Assembly: GCA_963748015.1 (NCBI GenBank)
Contig: CAVVHE010000006.1
Location: 128,001 to 192,000, forward strand
Source of the DNA: Terriglobia bacterium
GTDB taxonomy: Bacteria; Acidobacteriota; Polarisedimenticolia; Polarisedimenticolales; JAIQFR01
DNA length: 64,000 nucleotides
Reading direction: 5' to 3'
Part shown: positions 57,378 through 64,000 of the stretch, in pieces
Numbering within the stretch: position 1 is the stretch's first letter
How the letters are laid out: each line of letters opens with the position of its first letter
The notes under the pieces: generated by a model
What the model was told of the DNA's origin: nothing
The model's database searches: none
Seen by the model: only the letters and a program-made list of their open reading frames with translations
Made by a program: the position numbers and the translations under genes

Positions 57378-60161
57378 TCAGGGACAGCGGAGGCCGATCC
57401 GTTCGGTCCCCGGTACGCCGTGACTGGCGGCGAAACCGTACGTCCCGATCCCGCACGGGCCCGCGCCGCGTACGAGATACCAGTAGGCAACCCCCGCGGA
57501 AGGAACCTCGGGATCGTCGGCGGACGTCGTCGTGACGTTGCTCGCGATGCAGTCTTCGCTGTAGTAGTCCGAGCCCACGGGCAACGTGTCGGTCCTGCCG
57601 CGGTGCACGGAGTACCACGAGGCGCCGGTCCCCGGGCTCCAGGAGACCGTCGCGATCGTCCCCGCGCGCGAGACCAGCAGGCCCGGCACCTCGGCCGGGG
57701 CAGGGACCATCGTTCCAAGGCACCACCCGTCGACGCACGTGTCGTCGACCGAGCACGTCCAGCTGTCGTCGCACGGCACCGTGTTGTTCGTGTAGAGGCA
57801 ACCCCCGCCGGGATCGCACGCGTCGTCCGTGCAGGTGTTGCCGTCGTCGCAGGTCGCCAGGGTTTCCTGGCTGCCCGGGGTGCTGGTCCCGGCGGTCTTG
57901 CTGGAAAGAGTCGCGACGTTGAGGATCTCGGTGCCGGAGGCGAGGCAGTTGTCCACCTTCACCTGAAGCATGAAGTAGGCCGACCCTTGAGGGAAGCAGG
58001 CGGTCGTACACGTCACGGCGCCGACGGCTCCCACCGCCGGCGTCGTGCAGGTCCACCCCGGCTCGGCGGTCAGCGACTGGAAGGTCGTTCCCGCGGGAAG
58101 CGGATCGGTGAGAACCGCGTCGAGGGCGATGTTCGGGCCGTCGTTGTACACCGTGATCCCGTAGGTGAGCGTGGCGCCCGGCTGGACCGGTTCCTGATCG
58201 TCGGTCACGGTCGCCCACAGGGTAGCCGACTGCTGGCTGCCGGTATCGCAGTTGACCGCGATCGAGAGCAGGTAGTTGCCGTTCGGGCTCCCCGCTCCGG
58301 CGCTCCCGCCCCGAGCCCCCGCGTAGTACGCGCCGGTGTACCGGGCGCGCCAGGTCGCCGCCTCGCCCGGAGAGTAGGGCGTCGTGGCCGTGAGCGAGCC
58401 CGCTCCCGACGTGGTGGACGCGGTGTAGGCCGGGTCGTCGAAGTAGGAGATGCCGCCGAGGGAGTAGTCGGCGTTGATCAGCTTCCCGCCGCCCTGGTCG
58501 AACAGGAAGACCGTGGGGTTGAACGCGACCCCGTTGCGGGCCGGGGAGCCGTCCATGCTCACGTAGATGAGATCGCCTTCCGCAGCGCAGAACCGGTACA
58601 GATCGGGATCGCTCCCGGTGGTGCTGCCGGAGAAGAACATGTTCCCCGCGGCGTTCGCGGTGGCGGCGGTGTTGTTCGGCTCCGTCTCCGGCGTGGCCGA
58701 CGTTCCGTAGGCACCGCTGCCCGGCGGCTGGACGACCGCGTACAGCCGGTAAGGCTCGGCCGCGGTGGCGTCGCCGTTGTAGTTGACCCTCAGGTACGAG
58801 GCGACGCCGGTCAGCCTCGTGCCGGCGACGTTCGAGGAGTAGTCTCCGAAGGCGGGGGAGTTGTTGGAGGTGTCGTACTCGAGCGTGTCGGCGGCCGTCG
58901 TGACGCGCAGGTCGAAGCGGTTGTTCGGTCCCGCCGGCACCCCGTCCGCCATCGCGAACACGCTGCTGCCGGCCGGCGGCGTGCCGAGCGAGAAGAAGTC
59001 CTTGTCTCCGGCCACGCCGATCGATCCCCCCGTCTCGCACGACAGGAGGCCGGCAGTCGCGGGGGTGTCGTTGAGGTTCGACTGGCTGGGGGTGTCGGCC
59101 TCCCTCACGCAGGGGCTCACCTCGACCGTGTACCCCGTGATGTTCTGGTAGGTCTCCGCCTGGTCCACGAAGACGAAGATAGGCCGCGTGTCGGCGAAGT
59201 TCCGGCAGAACACCTCCTCGGCCGACACCCAGTTGCTGCTCAGGGTATTCCTGTTGGCGACGCCCATTCCCGTCCCGCACCCGAAGGGGCCAGCTCCCGC
59301 CGGCGGGCAGTTGCCCGAGGTGACGAAAAGAACGAGGTTGCCGCTCCCCTGGGTGACCTGCGCCCTGAACGAGTAGTCGCCCGGCGTCATGGGCCAGTAC
59401 GACCAGACGGTGTCCGGGCCCGGGGCGGCGCTGTACGGGGTGGACTGGCCGACCCCGGGGTAGCACAGGTCGCTCAGCGACGAGATGGAGTAGTCGAGGC
59501 TCGCCAGGGAGTTCGTGCCGTCGGCGATGCGGCTCGGGGGCAGCTGGATCGGGCTGTTGCAGGTGTCGTTCGACGGGGTCAGGCTCTGCGAGATGAGGAG
59601 CTGCACGGTGGACTGGCTCGGGTCCGGCGCGTCCGCGCCGAACTTCCACACGACGATCCAGTACGTGGTGCCCGAGTAGAGCTGGACGTTCCGCACGACG
59701 GCCTGGAGATCGAGCGCGCCGCAGGAGTCCTCGTCGCAGCCGTTCGCGACCTGGCTGAACGAGCCGCCGCAGGTTCCCGTGTAGACCCCGACGACGGTGT
59801 CGGGGACGGTCGTTCCGGTGTAGTCGTTCAGGCAGGAGGAGATCGTGTAAAGCGCCGTCGTCGCGGGGACGAACTTGTACCAGACGCTGCGGGACAGGCT
59901 GGGGAGGTCGGCGCACGTGGACGACGAGGGATCGCCGGTCGTGGTCGCGTCCGTGATGTCCGTCGCGGCGGTGAGGTACGAGAAGGGGCCGCTTCCCGGC
60001 ACGACCTCGGCGCCGGCGCACTGGTCGTTCGCCGGAACGGCCAGGGGCCCGGCGGTCTGCTGCGCCGCGACCGGGAGCGCCGCCAAGCTCAGGGCGACGG
60101 CGAAGGTCGACAGCAAGGCAGCGGGACGAGACACGCTTCTTCCCCTCGGCGATCTGCTCAT
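57378..60161 (-). CDS. Large secreted Cys-rich multidomain protein (PPC-like repeats, DUF11, CDDGNxCTxD repeats)
   Basis: Signal peptide; PANDQC / PSNDTC, ETEPNNT, TYGITVYNDGP..A..AVLTDPLPAGTTF, CDDGNTCTDDAC. Confidence 0.82.
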   Translation of the reverse strand: MSRSPRGRSVSRPAALLSTFAVALSLAALPVAAQQTAGPLAVPANDQCAGAEVVPGSGPFSYLTAATDITDATTTGDPSSSTCADLPSLSRSVWYKFVPATTALYTISSCLNDYTGTTVPDTVVGVYTGTCGGSFSQVANGCDEDSCGALDLQAVVRNVQLYSGTTYWIVVWKFGADAPDPSQSTVQLLISQSLTPSNDTCNSPIQLPPSRIADGTNSLASLDYSISSLSDLCYPGVGQSTPYSAAPGPDTVWSYWPMTPGDYSFRAQVTQGSGNLVLFVTSGNCPPAGAGPFGCGTGMGVANRNTLSSNWVSAEEVFCRNFADTRPIFVFVDQAETYQNITGYTVEVSPCVREADTPSQSNLNDTPATAGLLSCETGGSIGVAGDKDFFSLGTPPAGSSVFAMADGVPAGPNNRFDLRVTTAADTLEYDTSNNSPAFGDYSSNVAGTRLTGVASYLRVNYNGDATAAEPYRLYAVVQPPGSGAYGTSATPETEPNNTAATANAAGNMFFSGSTTGSDPDLYRFCAAEGDLIYVSMDGSPARNGVAFNPTVFLFDQGGGKLINADYSLGGISYFDDPAYTASTTSGAGSLTATTPYSPGEAATWRARYTGAYYAGARGGSAGAGSPNGNYLLSIAVNCDTGSQQSATLWATVTDDQEPVQPGATLTYGITVYNDGPNIALDAVLTDPLPAGTTFQSLTAEPGWTCTTPAVGAVGAVTCTTACFPQGSAYFMLQVKVDNCLASGTEILNVATLSSKTAGTSTPGSQETLATCDDGNTCTDDACDPGGGCLYTNNTVPCDDSWTCSVDDTCVDGWCLGTMVPAPAEVPGLLVSRAGTIATVSWSPGTGASWYSVHRGRTDTLPVGSDYYSEDCIASNVTTTSADDPEVPSAGVAYWYLVRGAGPCGIGTYGFAASHGVPGTERIGLRCP

Positions 60162-60388
60162 GGTGATCTCCCCTGGTGAAACAACAGCCTTCGCATGCAC
60201 GAACGACCCACGTACCGAGGCGTCCGGCCGCTCTCGCAGCGTCCCGGCCATGCGGCCCCCATTCGGCTAGGATTTCCGACTATGTAGCGATTTACGACGG
60301 GTGGCTGCCGCGGTCAAGCGGAAGTTTCCAGGGGAGCGCGCGGCAATCGACCGAAACTGTCCCGAAGGAGCCCGAGAAGGCTCTCGGG

Positions 60389-63121
<2,733 letters not shown>

Positions 63122-63133
63122 GGATGCTCCCGC

Positions 63134-64000
63134 CTACTTTGCCTGCAGCTCCGCGGGCCAGTTCGTGACCAGCGTGAAGGGCGGCGCGACCGTCTGCTCG
63201 AGGGGGACCTCGGCGAGGTAGCGGCGGCCGTCGGCCGTGAGCCTTCCCGGTCCCTGGGGGAGCTGTCCTCCGCCGAAGAGCGGGCGAGGGGTCCCGATCG
63301 CGAGGTTCGATCCCGTCAAGGAAAGCGGAACGAGGACGAGCTTCCTGCCGGACGTGACGTAGGCGATCTCGCGGCCGTCGCCGATCCAGAACCCGGCCGA
63401 GGCGCCACCCGACGAGATCTGCCTCTTGGCGCCCGGGCCCGGGAACGGGACGACGAACAGCTCGTCCTTTCCGGATTCGTTGGAGGTGTACGCCATCCAC
63501 TTCCCGTCCGGCGAGAACTCCGCGCCCCCCTCCGACGCCGGCGTCGCTAGGAAGGGATACGGCTTCCGATCTCCCCCGAGAGGCACGATCCAGACGTCCC
63601 AGCGTGACTTGCCTCCCTGCACGCGGTAGGCGAGGAAGGAGCCGTCCGGGGTCACGGACAGGGGCACCAACCGGCCCCCCATGTCCGTCGAGACGAGCAC
63701 GGTGGCGTCCGATGCGCCGTCGGCCGCCTTGATGGAGAGCTTCCCGGTGCCGTCGGAATAGACGATGTTGCGCCCGTCCGGCGTCCAGAGCGGGAAAGTG
63801 CACAACGACGGGCCGAAGGTGAAGCGGGTGCCCACGCCGCGATCGAGATCGTAGGTCCAGATGTCGATCTTGTCTCCCGCGCTCTGGATGGCCGCCGCCG
63901 CATGCCGGCCGTCCGGAGAGAGCGCAGGGCGGCCCACTCCCACGAAGGTGACCGCGTCTCCCACCGTGGCTCCCTTCTTCCCGTCGGTATCGAACCAGGT
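63134..64000 (-). CDS. TolB-like beta-propeller C-terminus, probably a second kinase (5' end outside window)
   Basis: SPDG/TPDG blades, SNESGKDELFV.PFPGPG, ends LVTNWPAEL like the neighbouring kinase tail. Confidence 0.8.
   Translation of the reverse strand, partial: TWFDTDGKKGATVGDAVTFVGVGRPALSPDGRHAAAAIQSAGDKIDIWTYDLDRGVGTRFTFGPSLCTFPLWTPDGRNIVYSDGTGKLSIKAADGASDATVLVSTDMGGRLVPLSVTPDGSFLAYRVQGGKSRWDVWIVPLGGDRKPYPFLATPASEGGAEFSPDGKWMAYTSNESGKDELFVVPFPGPGAKRQISSGGASAGFWIGDGREIAYVTSGRKLVLVPLSLTGSNLAIGTPRPLFGGGQLPQGPGRLTADGRRYLAEVPLEQTVAPPFTLVTNWPAELQAK

Noticed and set aside
15951..60179. Very long antisense or alternate-frame ORFs (e.g. 15951..18854, 24295..27582, 56980..60021, 57420..60179)
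   Set aside because: Arg/Gly/Pro-rich shadow ORFs expected at high GC, overlapping well-supported genes

Overview
GC-rich bacterial chromosomal segment from a diderm. Tandem Ser/Thr kinase-TolB-propeller genes and the large Cys-rich secreted protein suggest Acidobacteriota (inference). No rRNA, tRNA, CRISPR, integrase or transposase was seen. Blocks, left to right: (1) 0-12.8 kb: sugar catabolism (Zn-dependent glucose dehydrogenase, GH13, GH63-like glucosidase, gnd, an eroded zwf relic, pgl), a cytoplasmic GAF-PAS-PAS kinase/NarL-type regulator pair and a VIT1 transporter. (2) 12.9-20 kb: bacillithiol-type cluster with a half-size BshC-like protein, bshB1 and bshA, then a large PIG-L protein, a small membrane protein and a sodium:solute symporter. 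(3) 20-29 kb: DUF2911, DUF2252, a beta-barrel and an RND efflux triad. (4) 29-52 kb: about 20 almost entirely exported or outer-membrane proteins, including a signal-peptide glutaminase, two DcaP-like porins, a PlpD-like patatin, DUF3300/DUF2950 and a hidden LPKTG-tailed protein. (5) 52-57 kb: an AbiEii-like toxin-antitoxin pair with a leaderless promoter, and two c-type cytochromes divergent from a PNPOx / PNPOx-GAF-wHTH pair. (6) 57-64 kb: a large secreted Cys-rich protein and two kinase/propeller genes. A palindromic motif (CTCGTA-N4-TACGAG) recurs in five intergenic regions. About 14 single-base frameshifts, nearly all +1, look like sequencing or assembly errors rather than real pseudogenes. 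All family calls come from motif recognition by eye; no database searches were run.
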